IMG/VR virus record: IMGVR_UViG_3300033067_001151
Coordinates: 1 to 38,874 of that record
Length of the DNA stretch: 38,874 bases
Source: a virus
Taxonomy: Duplodnaviria > Caudoviricetes
Direction: 5' to 3' (one strand)
Shown here in pieces: positions 1 through 7,908 of this stretch. Every line of letters begins with the position of its first letter. Positions within the stretch are counted from its first letter, which is position 1. The notes beneath the pieces were generated by a model. It had not been told where the DNA came from, did no database searches, and saw only the letters and a list, made by a program, of their open reading frames with translations. Position numbers and translations under genes: made by a program.

Positions 1-77
1 GTCACATGTTACAATACAGTGAACTTTAGTCGCCGTATCTAACAGCCCATTGGCTTCTATATCAACAACAGTAAAGT
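1..77. repeat. Exact 77-nt direct repeat, copy 1 (circularisation/assembly overlap)
   Basis: Base-by-base identical to 38145-38221; first mismatch at 78 versus 38222. Confidence 0.95.
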
Positions 78-93
78 CAATCAACTTATGCAT
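1..93 (-). CDS. 5' end of DNA polymerase A, alternative allele (MHKLIDFTVVDIEANG...), truncated at window edge
   Basis: ATG at 93 with AGAGGGG SD; nt 1-77 identical to 38145-38221 in the polymerase gene; first six residues MHKLID versus MYNSAN. Confidence 0.85.
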   Translation of the reverse strand, partial: MHKLIDFTVVDIEANGLLDTATKVHCIVTCD

Positions 94-123
94 TATCCCC
101 TCTAAGGTAAACTGTAGTTTACG

Positions 124-360
124 TTATTCTACGATATTGTTTGTTATTTTCCAATTTTCGTACTCTTCTAAGTTTTCAAAAAACCCCGGTATCTGATCAA
201 CTGGAACTTCTTTTAATTTTGGAGCATCTTCTCTATCATTGACAGTACTAAAACAACCCATTATATCGAACCTCATTGGCTTATTTGTTGTTGTGTTTAT
301 TGTTTGAACTGATAGTATAGACCACTCCCAACTATAATATGCACTTTTTATTTTGTACAT
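124..360 (-). CDS. Hypothetical protein (allele A only)
   Basis: 78-aa ORF with AGGGGG SD; absent from the homologous segment at 38222-38874. Confidence 0.65.
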   Translation of the reverse strand: MYKIKSAYYSWEWSILSVQTINTTTNKPMRFDIMGCFSTVNDREDAPKLKEVPVDQIPGFFENLEEYENWKITNNIVE

Positions 361-379
361 TATACCCCCTAAGTTAAGA

Positions 380-544
380 TTAGTTTAATTCCCAGATATC
401 TGTAATTGTATAACCCTTCTCAATAAACTCTTGTTGTATTTTTCTAAGTGCCGATTTACCATATATATACATTTCTAACACTGCTGTGTTGTAAGTATTT
501 TCATATGTAATAAGGTAGACTGGTGTTACTGTATTGTATTTCAT
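380..544 (-). CDS. Hypothetical 54-aa protein (MKYNTVTPVY...WELN; allele A only)
   Basis: Hand-translated; ATGA overlap with the stop of 541-771. Confidence 0.6.
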   Translation of the reverse strand: MKYNTVTPVYLITYENTYNTAVLEMYIYGKSALRKIQQEFIEKGYTITDIWELN

Positions 545-771
545 ACTACTTTAATTGTGGTTTTACTTGGTTTACTCGGTTCTACATCCTTCGGTTTCCC
601 AAAAGCATTGATCTTTTTCATAAAGATCTTTCCTATTTCACCAAGGTTTGTTTCTATGTTACTTAGAACTATTTTACGTTTTTCTACTGCAGCATTGGCA
701 ATCTCAATATCTGTTGCACGATTCAGCAGGTTTTGTAGTACTATTTGATAACTTCTTTCATCTAATGCCAT
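541..771 (-). CDS. Hypothetical protein MALDERSY..., allele A
   Basis: First 33 aa nearly identical to 38258-38509, with mostly synonymous DNA differences, supporting coding status. Confidence 0.85.
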   Translation of the reverse strand: MALDERSYQIVLQNLLNRATDIEIANAAVEKRKIVLSNIETNLGEIGKIFMKKINAFGKPKDVEPSKPSKTTIKVV

Positions 772-772
772 A

Positions 773-1015
773 TTAACTTACCCCCGTATTGTCATTCTTT
801 TTAGCATCGCCCTTTACTTGTTCCATATACAAGAAATCAATATCCTCATCTATCGGCGCTTCCATAACGCCGTCAGCTAACACTTGTAGTTGTTGTCTAG
901 TCAAGTTAGGGAACTCTCTAGATTCCTTACCAAACTCCAGCCTGAGCGTATAAAAGCCGTCGAGTTGTCTAATACTTTTAATGTTTATAAATTTATATAA
1001 TTCTGATACTGTCAT
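773..1015 (-). CDS. Hypothetical protein (ends KKNDNTGVS)
   Basis: GGGGGG SD before ATG at 1015 (alternative start 1033); C-terminus conserved in the fragment at 38840-38874. Confidence 0.75.
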   Translation of the reverse strand: MTVSELYKFINIKSIRQLDGFYTLRLEFGKESREFPNLTRQQLQVLADGVMEAPIDEDIDFLYMEQVKGDAKKNDNTGVS

Positions 1016-1034
1016 AATGTCCCCCCAATTCATA

Positions 1035-1238
1035 TTAATATAATCCCTCTATAATTCTACAATACTCTTTAAAGTCATCGCTGTCAAGAAATATTTTAGC
1101 ACTTTCTTGTAATTCTTTATCGGAACTTTGAAAGTCCAATAGTGCTTGTGTAATAACGGCTTTTAATAACCTTATTTCGCCCATATCATTTAATTCACCT
1201 CCATAAAAATAAGGTCGATTATATTTTTGGATAGACAT
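1035..1238 (-). CDS. Hypothetical phage protein
   Basis: 67-aa ORF tightly packed in the operon; LLKAVITQALLD...FLDSDDFKEYC pattern resembles small phage proteins. Confidence 0.7.
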   Translation of the reverse strand: MSIQKYNRPYFYGGELNDMGEIRLLKAVITQALLDFQSSDKELQESAKIFLDSDDFKEYCRIIEGLY

Positions 1239-1887
1239 GTGTCACCGTGCTTGGTAAAAGTTCTAATACTCTTTTTTTATCGGCTTGGTTCACTTTGTAC
1301 TTCTCCCCATTACTTATATTATCCCAGAATCTATCTATTGTGTCAACTATTATTTTACTTAATTCTTTGTTGTGCGCCACTTTAAAAACCTGTAAAGGAA
1401 ATGGGTCAAATATCCCCAGGCAAGCCAGATAGCCGTAATCATATCCAATAATATCTAATCCCGAATGAACTTGAAGTAAATAAGGAATAGATAAATCTTT
1501 ATCTTCCCACTTTTGAAATTTACTTGGTGATATAGTAGTTTTACACTCTACTAAATATTTTTGATCCCGATTAATGGCATCAAGTGATACCGACCTTTTT
1601 CCTTTTTGGAAAACACTCACTTGCTTATGTGGTGCTGCCGGCTCACAATGAATTCCTATTTCGTCCAGTGCCACAAGTACAGAACTTTCAAATAATCTTC
1701 CAGCCCGCATGAATACATTGTCATCAATCTTATCGGATTTGCCGGAGGTTTTTTCTTCTTGTAGTTTTACGGCGGATTTATATTGGTTGAAAGCAAATAG
1801 AGATGCTACTTCCGTACCCGTAATGCATTTGCTCCTGACCTTAAACCACTCGGGACTTTGTGCTTGGAAGAAATATTCTTTTTTCAT
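1219..1887 (-). CDS. YqaJ/lambda-exonuclease family nuclease
   Basis: SPEWFKVR...ITGTEV, G.LFE, SLDA, VECKT and YLLQVH motifs of the YqaJ PD-(D/E)xK family. Confidence 0.85.
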   Translation of the reverse strand: MKKEYFFQAQSPEWFKVRSKCITGTEVASLFAFNQYKSAVKLQEEKTSGKSDKIDDNVFMRAGRLFESSVLVALDEIGIHCEPAAPHKQVSVFQKGKRSVSLDAINRDQKYLVECKTTISPSKFQKWEDKDLSIPYLLQVHSGLDIIGYDYGYLACLGIFDPFPLQVFKVAHNKELSKIIVDTIDRFWDNISNGEKYKVNQADKKRVLELLPSTVTHVYPKI

Positions 1888-1930
1888 AAATTAACCGTGT
1901 AAAATCCAAGTTTAAGTTTTAAATTGCAAC

Positions 1931-2305
1931 CTATTTCTTCTTTTTTTCTTTAAGCCAGCTGTCAGGTATCTCTTTGCTGGCATATTTAAAGCCGTACTTA
2001 TCACACCAATCCCCGTAAGTTGTTTTTGATGAGGAATGTATTCTGTTATTGGCGTTCATAAAAACAAATCTTAAATCTAATTCGGGATATTGTTCTTTAA
2101 TTGCGCGATGTAGTTGTCTATCGGCAGGTCGGAAATATCCTTTTAATTCTACTATAATGCCGTTTTCTAAGGCTATGTCAGGGGTATATATCCGAGCAGG
2201 AAGAAGATACTTTATGTGCATCGACTCATACTTGAATTTAACCCCTGCCTTTTCTAATTTGGCTACAGTGTCCTTTTCAAATTTACTTCGTACTTTTATA
2301 GCCAT
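1931..2305 (-). CDS. T7 gp3-like endonuclease I (Holliday junction resolvase)
   Basis: RSKFE, YE, YTPD, VELKG.F, LDLRFVF and TTYGDWCDKYGF motifs. Confidence 0.92.
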   Translation of the reverse strand: MAIKVRSKFEKDTVAKLEKAGVKFKYESMHIKYLLPARIYTPDIALENGIIVELKGYFRPADRQLHRAIKEQYPELDLRFVFMNANNRIHSSSKTTYGDWCDKYGFKYASKEIPDSWLKEKKKK

Positions 2306-2313
2306 TTATTACC

Positions 2314-2523
2314 TTAGTTATTATAAGTTGTTACGTGTATATATTCGACCACATTAGAAGCCAACAAATAGCTTTCTAGATGCTCAATAAAGCCGCCTTC
2401 TGGTTTTACACTGTCAAGAACATCGGCAACATTAAAGGAAAAAGGCTTGCTGAACATAATGTTCACCTTATTATCACCAATATCGAGTACTACCAGTTCG
2501 CCTTTTTTAGCTTTAATATACAT
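2314..2523 (-). CDS. Hypothetical protein
   Basis: 69-aa ORF with AAGG SD, packed in the operon. Confidence 0.65.
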   Translation of the reverse strand: MYIKAKKGELVVLDIGDNKVNIMFSKPFSFNVADVLDSVKPEGGFIEHLESYLLASNVVEYIHVTTYNN

Positions 2524-2532
2524 GTTATTACC

Positions 2533-2940
2533 TTAAAAAACGTTTTCATCTTCATCAGTAGATGTTGTAGCAGATACATTTACTGTGTTTCCTTGTGTAG
2601 CGCCGGTGTCCTTGGCTTCTATAGTATATTTAGTAGCCGTTGGAACAAAGCGCATTTTTTGAAGATTACCAGTAGCAAAGTCTGCCGCTTTTCTTAATCC
2701 TTTATATTTAATAGAAACGCTGTATACTTCATTTCCGTTTTCATCTACAACGGCTTTTTTAGTAAAGTTGTTGATAATTGGTGATGAAGATACAAACATT
2801 TTTAATCCAATATGGTCGCCAGTTTTTGGATCAAGTATGAATGCTTCTATTTGGTCGTACACAACGCCTTTAGCTGATTTTTTCCCTTTGGTTAGTTTAC
2901 CCTTTCCAATTGTGGGATGTGTTACGTATTGTCCTTTCAT
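2533..2940 (-). CDS. Putative single-stranded DNA-binding protein
   Basis: Beta-rich basic body and acidic tail ending DEDENVF, like SSB/gp2.5 tails; lies near endo/exonuclease genes. Confidence 0.5.
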   Translation of the reverse strand: MKGQYVTHPTIGKGKLTKGKKSAKGVVYDQIEAFILDPKTGDHIGLKMFVSSSPIINNFTKKAVVDENGNEVYSVSIKYKGLRKAADFATGNLQKMRFVPTATKYTIEAKDTGATQGNTVNVSATTSTDEDENVF

Positions 2941-2941
2941 T

Positions 2942-4231
2942 TTATTTACCTTTTAACATTTGTTGAATATACACTTTTTCTGTCAGCGTCGACAATCCAC
3001 GAACCCCTAATCCGAGTTCCTGAGATTCCTTTATTATACTCTTAATTTGCTTAGGAGTCAACGAAAATGTTTTGCCGTTATAGTACGCCAACATTTTAAA
3101 TTGCTTCACTATTGCTTCTCTTGAGTATAAAAGAATTTGTGTTAGGGCTTCTTCATTTAGCTTATTGAGGCGAACAACTTGTCCAATACGCCCTGCAATT
3201 TCTGGTATAATACCTGCCCTTATTAAATCTTTTTCAGTTAGTTCTTCACTTTTTGCATCATTTAAATTAACAAACCCTATTGACGGCTTATTACTTCTCT
3301 TTGTATTTTCTTCAAATATGGCAAATGATCCGCCAAGAACAATGATTACATTCCCCAGGTCTACGCCATCTATCGCCCCTTTTTGCTTACTATATGAGTC
3401 TGAGCGCAAATACCCTGTCTCAAGTATTTTTAATAGTGTTTTCTGACCGCCGTAAGTATGCATGTTATTGTCGTTGGTGCATAATTTATCAAATTCATCT
3501 AAAAATAATAATTGCGTTTTTCCCTCAGCTTCCCCTAATTGGTCTATAATATCAGAATAATCTTTGCCAACATAACCAGTTGATGTTAACTCAGATGCGT
3601 TAAAGTACGTGTAGTGGATACCTAAATGCTTTGCGATCCGCTCCATCATAAATGTCTTACCTGTACCAGTTCCGCCTTGTATAAGCAAATTTTTCTTGGG
3701 AATAGGTATTCCTTTGTTTAAATTGTGCGTAATAACCTGTAAGTTGGTATAAATATTAAACATTATATTTGATAGCGGGTCATCTTGACCTATAATAGTC
3801 TCTTTAAGGACATCTAGTGACTTATTTAACTCACTATAAAGGCTCATATGCTCGTTATCTTGCTCAACTGTAACATCGAACGCCAACCAAAAGTCCGTGT
3901 GGAACGGCGATTTATGTTTAAGTGCCTGTGCTACACTGCCTACATCTAGCTCTAGAAAATCGGCTTTTACTAATAGTCCTTCATTTTCAACAGTAATGTG
4001 TAGATTAAAGAATTTTTGTAGTATTTTAAATTCTCCAAGTGTTAATGCTGACTCTCCTGTGCTTTTTGTGTGCAATTTAGTGAGCCATTCTTGTCCTTTT
4101 ATTCCGCTGTAATACTCTAATTCATCTAGACAATCAAGTTTTTCAATTTCTTCTCTAAAAGACACTAAAACCCAGTTTGTATCGGAATTTAGAAAGGCTT
4201 GTGTTAGTTTTTGAGCTAAAGTTAGAGACAT
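2942..4231 (-). CDS. clpX: ClpX-like AAA+ unfoldase with a non-canonical N-terminal domain
   Basis: IIGQD, Walker A GGTGTGKT, pore loop TGYVG.D, Walker B LFLDEFDK, LLKILE, IGF loop (KPSIGF), G.IPE..GR, GVRGL; no C4 zinc-binding domain. Confidence 0.9.
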   Translation of the reverse strand: MSLTLAQKLTQAFLNSDTNWVLVSFREEIEKLDCLDELEYYSGIKGQEWLTKLHTKSTGESALTLGEFKILQKFFNLHITVENEGLLVKADFLELDVGSVAQALKHKSPFHTDFWLAFDVTVEQDNEHMSLYSELNKSLDVLKETIIGQDDPLSNIMFNIYTNLQVITHNLNKGIPIPKKNLLIQGGTGTGKTFMMERIAKHLGIHYTYFNASELTSTGYVGKDYSDIIDQLGEAEGKTQLLFLDEFDKLCTNDNNMHTYGGQKTLLKILETGYLRSDSYSKQKGAIDGVDLGNVIIVLGGSFAIFEENTKRSNKPSIGFVNLNDAKSEELTEKDLIRAGIIPEIAGRIGQVVRLNKLNEEALTQILLYSREAIVKQFKMLAYYNGKTFSLTPKQIKSIIKESQELGLGVRGLSTLTEKVYIQQMLKGK

Positions 4232-4233
4232 GC

Positions 4234-4833
4234 TTACCTCGCTAATTCAGTTTTTATGCGTTTTTCAGAAAATAAATTCTGTGCGTAGGATATTAATATT
4301 TGTTGTATCTCATGCCGTACTACTGATGTAAATAATGTTGTGCTGATATTCATTGGTGTTGTGTCGGCTAAAAATATAACTCTTTCTATCTCGCGGCGTT
4401 TAACTAGTCCTGCCGACGGCTTTGGTTTTCCGTTAACATTGCCGTAAATCCACCTACCAAACTCTTTTGAAGCGCCGTCAATATCATTTTGTAGCAATTT
4501 TTTAAGTAAAGTGCTGTTTTTAAAGTTTCCGATGCCTAAATTAAAGGTAAAATCAAATAAAGCGTCAAACTGTACTTGACTTAGTTCAATATTTTTACAT
4601 ATTTCACATAAAAGCCGTTCATGATGTGCCCTGTCTATCTCAAAAAGTTGATTCGCCATCTCAAAAGTCAAGTTATTTATGTCAATTCCTATTTCTTTTA
4701 AACCGGCTTCTTCACCAGACTTAATTGCATGTCCGTAACCAACAGTCATGACGCCTACTGCATCTGAGTATATCCTAAGGCTCAATCCCTCCATTTCTTT
4801 AACAACTGCACAAATAGCGTTACTTGCTTTCAT
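4234..4833 (-). CDS. Endolysin, GH24 phage lysozyme
   Basis: E-x8-D-x5-T triad (EGLSLRIYSDAVGVMT), GYGH, FDALFDFTFNLG, STLLKKL, GLVKRR..E; start at 4833 chosen for its AAGGGGG SD. Confidence 0.92.
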   Translation of the reverse strand: MKASNAICAVVKEMEGLSLRIYSDAVGVMTVGYGHAIKSGEEAGLKEIGIDINNLTFEMANQLFEIDRAHHERLLCEICKNIELSQVQFDALFDFTFNLGIGNFKNSTLLKKLLQNDIDGASKEFGRWIYGNVNGKPKPSAGLVKRREIERVIFLADTTPMNISTTLFTSVVRHEIQQILISYAQNLFSEKRIKTELAR

Positions 4834-4960
4834 TGGTGAATCCCCCTTCATAAATTTGTCGTAAAATTTCGTTAAAATCTTCTTCACTTAAATTTCCCTC
4901 TAAATATTCTTGTTGTAAAGTTATTAAATACGCCCGAATCTCTGGTGGATACTTAATCAT
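4820..4960 (-). CDS. Hypothetical small protein (MIKYPPEIRAY...)
   Basis: Fills the gap between neighbouring genes; ATG just after the upstream stop. Confidence 0.55.
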   Translation of the reverse strand: MIKYPPEIRAYLITLQQEYLEGNLSEEDFNEILRQIYEGGFTNESK

Positions 4961-4961
4961 A

Positions 4962-5297
4962 TTAAAACGATGGAAAATCACACGGCGGTATTGAATTATA
5001 CTCATTTACCATAAGCCTTGCTTTTGGGGACGGGTTTTTTATAAGTTTAAGTATAGATGGCGGTTTATATTTATACTCCCACTTTTTTAAACCACGGGCT
5101 ATAGCCGCCACCTGAACCTCTTCACTTGGGTTTTTAATATTTTTGATATTGCGCGGATTATCGGTCACTGACTCCAGTTGTTCGAACAGCTCTAATTGGT
5201 CTGTTTCAAATTTAGTCAGTTTACCCTTTTCTATTAGTTTTTTTAGCAACCCAGCGGTTACTTCCCTATATGGATTAACAAATTTATCTGTTGACAT
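4962..5297 (-). CDS. Hypothetical protein with IKNPS repeats
   Basis: AGGAGG SD; IKNIKNPSEEVQVAAI and LKLIKNPS short helical repeats. Confidence 0.75.
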   Translation of the reverse strand: MSTDKFVNPYREVTAGLLKKLIEKGKLTKFETDQLELFEQLESVTDNPRNIKNIKNPSEEVQVAAIARGLKKWEYKYKPPSILKLIKNPSPKARLMVNEYNSIPPCDFPSF

Positions 5298-5322
5298 TAC
5301 ATACCTCCTTTTGTTTAGTTAT

Positions 5323-5646
5323 TTATCTGAAATAAAATTTTACTTTATCTAACATTTTTAGGTGTTCGTATTTATTTCCTTGATTAGAAATAGTTCTACA
5401 CACCAGCCCTCTTACTATAAAAGCCGTACGTTTCAATTGCTGTTCGGTTTGAAGCCATACAGATGGCATCTCTTTAAGTTGGTCAAGATATTTCCACACT
5501 AACGGATCTTTTTTTGATGTATTCGCCGTAATATACTTCTTTACTGACTGATACACGGTGTCTATTAGTTCTTTATTACTTTCTACTCGCTCATTATGAG
5601 ATTTGACCATACGTTTAACCGATTCAATTGATTCCATGACTTTCAT
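5323..5646 (-). CDS. Hypothetical protein
   Basis: 107-aa ORF packed in the operon. Confidence 0.7.
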   Translation of the reverse strand: MKVMESIESVKRMVKSHNERVESNKELIDTVYQSVKKYITANTSKKDPLVWKYLDQLKEMPSVWLQTEQQLKRTAFIVRGLVCRTISNQGNKYEHLKMLDKVKFYFR

Positions 5647-5647
5647 A

Positions 5648-5818
5648 TTATTTCTTTAAACATTTGTTTATTTTACAGCTAGCACATCCTCTGCCACAAC
5701 TTGCTTTAAGCTTTTCTTGCAGTTCACGATTAGTTATTGCTGAGCTTAGTATTACGGCAAGCAATGTTACTGTTAAGCCGTATCCCGCAATTCCTGCCAA
5801 TAATAATAGTTCATTCAT
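5648..5818 (-). CDS. 56-aa membrane protein with Cys-rich tail (CGRGCASC...C)
   Basis: Hand-translated MNELLLLAGIAGYGLTVTLLAVILSSA...SCGRGCASCKINKCLKK; GAGG SD; fills the gap exactly. Confidence 0.7.
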   Translation of the reverse strand: MNELLLLAGIAGYGLTVTLLAVILSSAITNRELQEKLKASCGRGCASCKINKCLKK

Positions 5819-5820
5819 AT

Positions 5821-6057
5821 TTACCTCTCTAATACATACATTAATCTTTTTTTAACGCCACCTAGATAATCGGACTTGGCATCATAGTCTTCAGCGGATA
5901 CCGTTCCGTTTTCCCAAGCTAAATATAATTTATTTAGTTCTTTATTTACTTCCGACAACTCAAATTCAAATTCCTCTTGCTGTGACTCTGTAAGTCCGCG
6001 AAAGTCGTTATATTTACCTTGCATTCTTTCTTGTTCAATGTAGTTATCGTATCCCAT
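5821..6057 (-). CDS. Hypothetical acidic protein
   Basis: 78-aa ORF with GGGGGAG SD. Confidence 0.75.
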   Translation of the reverse strand: MGYDNYIEQERMQGKYNDFRGLTESQQEEFEFELSEVNKELNKLYLAWENGTVSAEDYDAKSDYLGGVKKRLMYVLER

Positions 6058-6058
6058 A

Positions 6059-6211
6059 TTATTCTCCCCCTTGTATTAAGTTTATTAATAACAAATGTAA
6101 TTTTAAATCTTTTTCATCAGCTTTTATCTCACCATGAAAGTATTCATTGAGAATATTATCATACTCTTCTTCATACATCTGTTTTAATTCTTTTGTTAAT
6201 TTTGTTCTCAT
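6059..6211 (-). CDS. Hypothetical 50-aa protein, probably leaderless
   Basis: Hand-translated MRTKLTKELKQMYEEEY...IQGGE; ATG follows a -10 box after 6 nt. Confidence 0.6.
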   Translation of the reverse strand: MRTKLTKELKQMYEEEYDNILNEYFHGEIKADEKDLKLHLLLINLIQGGE

Positions 6212-6217
6212 ATATTA

Positions 6218-6246
6218 ATCCTAGCACGGCTTATAACCGCCGTCAA
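6218..6246 (-). promoter_or_regulatory. Sigma70-type promoter
   Basis: TTGACG-N17-TAGGAT with extended TGn. Confidence 0.7.
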
Positions 6247-6249
6247 CAT

Positions 6250-6546
6250 TTATTTAAATATTTTATTACATTTTATAGCATGGTGTGCACGTTCAATTTG
6301 TACTTCATTTCTTACATAACCGTTATTTAAATAATTTCTAACGGCCACAAAGCAAGCTACAAGTCCAGCAACTAAAAAAGCTAATATCATGAACCTCCAG
6401 CCAAGATAGAAGGTTTCAGTAAATACACCAAAGTGTGTACATAATTCACCAACTAACCATAATATATCAGCGGCTATTGCAGAAGCACCAGCTACAGTTG
6501 CTACTGTAAACGGGCTTTTGCTTAAAAATTTTGTTTTTGTATTCAT
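6250..6546 (-). CDS. Hypothetical two-TM membrane protein
   Basis: 98 aa with two hydrophobic segments; AAGG SD; own upstream promoter. Confidence 0.75.
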   Translation of the reverse strand: MNTKTKFLSKSPFTVATVAGASAIAADILWLVGELCTHFGVFTETFYLGWRFMILAFLVAGLVACFVAVRNYLNNGYVRNEVQIERAHHAIKCNKIFK

Positions 6547-6579
6547 ATTAGTAACCTTATTTGTTGTCCTTATATATTA

Positions 6580-6612
6580 AGTATAACGCCGTTTTGGTTA
6601 ATAAAGTGTTAA
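6580..6612 (-). promoter_or_regulatory. Promoter with CtrA-type box in place of -35
   Basis: Minus strand TTAA-CACTTTA-TTAAC (6612-6597), 11 nt, then -10 TATACT (6585-6580). Confidence 0.65.
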
Positions 6613-6657
6613 ATTTTACAGATTTTTTCATTTTTTACTCAAATAATTTAATTATTT

Positions 6658-6795
6658 TTAGTGTAAATCTACTATTTCTACTTCAAACCCGTTGGCAACT
6701 TCTAAAGCGGCGATAACTGCTAGTATTCTTTTGTCGGTTATTGAAGTTTCTTTATAAATAACTTTATTGTTTTTCTTTAAGATAAACATTTTCAT
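6658..6795 (-). CDS. Hypothetical 45-aa protein (MKMFILKKNN...VDLH)
   Basis: Hand-translated; AGGT SD-like sequence upstream. Confidence 0.55.
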   Translation of the reverse strand: MKMFILKKNNKVIYKETSITDKRILAVIAALEVANGFEVEIVDLH

Positions 6796-6838
6796 ATTAT
6801 TACCTATTTTGTGTTGCAAAGCCTTTGATAATTATTAG

Positions 6839-6901
6839 CTATTTGCTGCTGCAAACTGCTATTATTACAAGTGCAATTACTGCTAAAATACCAAAATCCA
6901 T
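6839..6901 (-). CDS. 20-aa hydrophobic peptide MDFGILAVIALVIIAVCSSK
   Basis: GGGG SD; starts 2 nt after the upstream micro-ORF stop. Confidence 0.45.
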   Translation of the reverse strand: MDFGILAVIALVIIAVCSSK

Positions 6902-6903
6902 AG

Positions 6904-6969
6904 TTACCCCACTATTTTTGTTAGTATTATTAAATTTATCATCATTACTATAAAAATTATTGTAGTCAT
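6904..6969 (-). CDS. 21-aa hydrophobic peptide MTTIIFIVMMINLIILTKIVG
   Basis: In tandem with flanking micro-ORFs; weak SD. Confidence 0.4.
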   Translation of the reverse strand: MTTIIFIVMMINLIILTKIVG

Positions 6970-6974
6970 ATACG

Positions 6975-7100
6975 TTATTTCACCCTTTTGTTTAAAATTT
7001 CTTCTTTTGTTAAATGTCTTTTCTCAGAAGATACAACAGTTATTGTACTATAAGAAAAACATTCTTTTATAAATTTTGCTATTGTAATTAAAGTAATCAT
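6975..7100 (-). CDS. Hypothetical 41-aa protein (MITLITIAKF...)
   Basis: AAGGAG SD; first ORF after the 7147-7179 promoter. Confidence 0.6.
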   Translation of the reverse strand: MITLITIAKFIKECFSYSTITVVSSEKRHLTKEEILNKRVK

Positions 7101-7146
7101 TTTGTTTCTCCTTTGTTTGTATAGAGTTTCTGCGCCCTATACATAT

Positions 7147-7179
7147 AGAATAGCACGAAAAGTGTTAAGAAACCGTTAA
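7147..7179 (-). promoter_or_regulatory. Promoter with CtrA-type box in place of -35
   Basis: Minus strand TTAA-CGGTTTC-TTAAC (7179-7164), 11 nt, then -10 TATTCT (7152-7147) preceded by TGC. Confidence 0.65.
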
Positions 7180-7214
7180 TATTTTGATTTATTTTGAGAT
7201 TTTACTAAAATAAT

Positions 7215-7403
7215 TTAGTTATTTGGTGAATTATCGTTCGCCGTATCGCCGTCATCTATGTCTAATTCTATTATTTCGCCGTTGTCAAGCTCTATTTCAA
7301 TTATTTTCATAGTTTGTTCCTTTAATTTCTCTTGCATTTTTATTGAAAATTCATGCAATTCTTCTTTTGATAAGCCGCCAAATAAATCTGTAAACTTACT
7401 CAT
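7215..7403 (-). CDS. Hypothetical acidic protein (MSKFTDLF...)
   Basis: GGAG SD before ATG at 7403; overlaps the end of the upstream gene. Confidence 0.65.
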   Translation of the reverse strand: MSKFTDLFGGLSKEELHEFSIKMQEKLKEQTMKIIEIELDNGEIIELDIDDGDTANDNSPNN

Positions 7404-7905
7404 TTGATGACTCCGCCGGTGATGATAAATTATCAATAGTGAATGTATTGTCGGTTATTGCTTTAATATCATTATCACTTAATTGCTCAACTAATTTTGG
7501 GTCTTGTTTATAAATAGACTCTAATTGCGACATTGCCTCGGGCATTACCATGTGGAATTCAATCTTTCTAAAGTCGGTAATCTTGGTTTCAATAGATGCT
7601 TTCTTTGGTGTTTGATAAGGCAATAGTTCTTTGGCTATTTGTTTCATTTCCGTTCTATTTTGAGCCGTTTTTAAAAGCTCTTCCATTGCTTTCTTTGCTT
7701 CACCCGATTGAGCCGCCGCTAATAACTCAGGTGATAATGTCTCTTTCTCAGCAACTATCTGTTTGATGTCGACTTTCTTTGGTCTGCCTTTGGGATTACC
7801 ACTAACACCTTTAACAAATGCTCCTTTACGCGTTCTTACTTCGCCGGATGCCGTAATGGTCAGGTCATCAATACTAAGCTTAGGCTTTTTATCTTCTTTG
7901 GTCAT
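7396..7905 (-). CDS. DUF5681-type protein, putative terminase small subunit
   Basis: G.FVKGVSGNPKGRPK signature, helical body with ELLPYQTPK. Confidence 0.7.
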   Translation of the reverse strand: MTKEDKKPKLSIDDLTITASGEVRTRKGAFVKGVSGNPKGRPKKVDIKQIVAEKETLSPELLAAAQSGEAKKAMEELLKTAQNRTEMKQIAKELLPYQTPKKASIETKITDFRKIEFHMVMPEAMSQLESIYKQDPKLVEQLSDNDIKAITDNTFTIDNLSSPAESSNE

Positions 7906-7908
7906 ATA

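Noticed and set aside
1-77. Biological direct terminal repeat or att site
   Set aside because: It lies inside the polymerase gene, is exactly 77 nt and ends at the allele branch point, which fits an assembly k-mer overlap; no integrase is present
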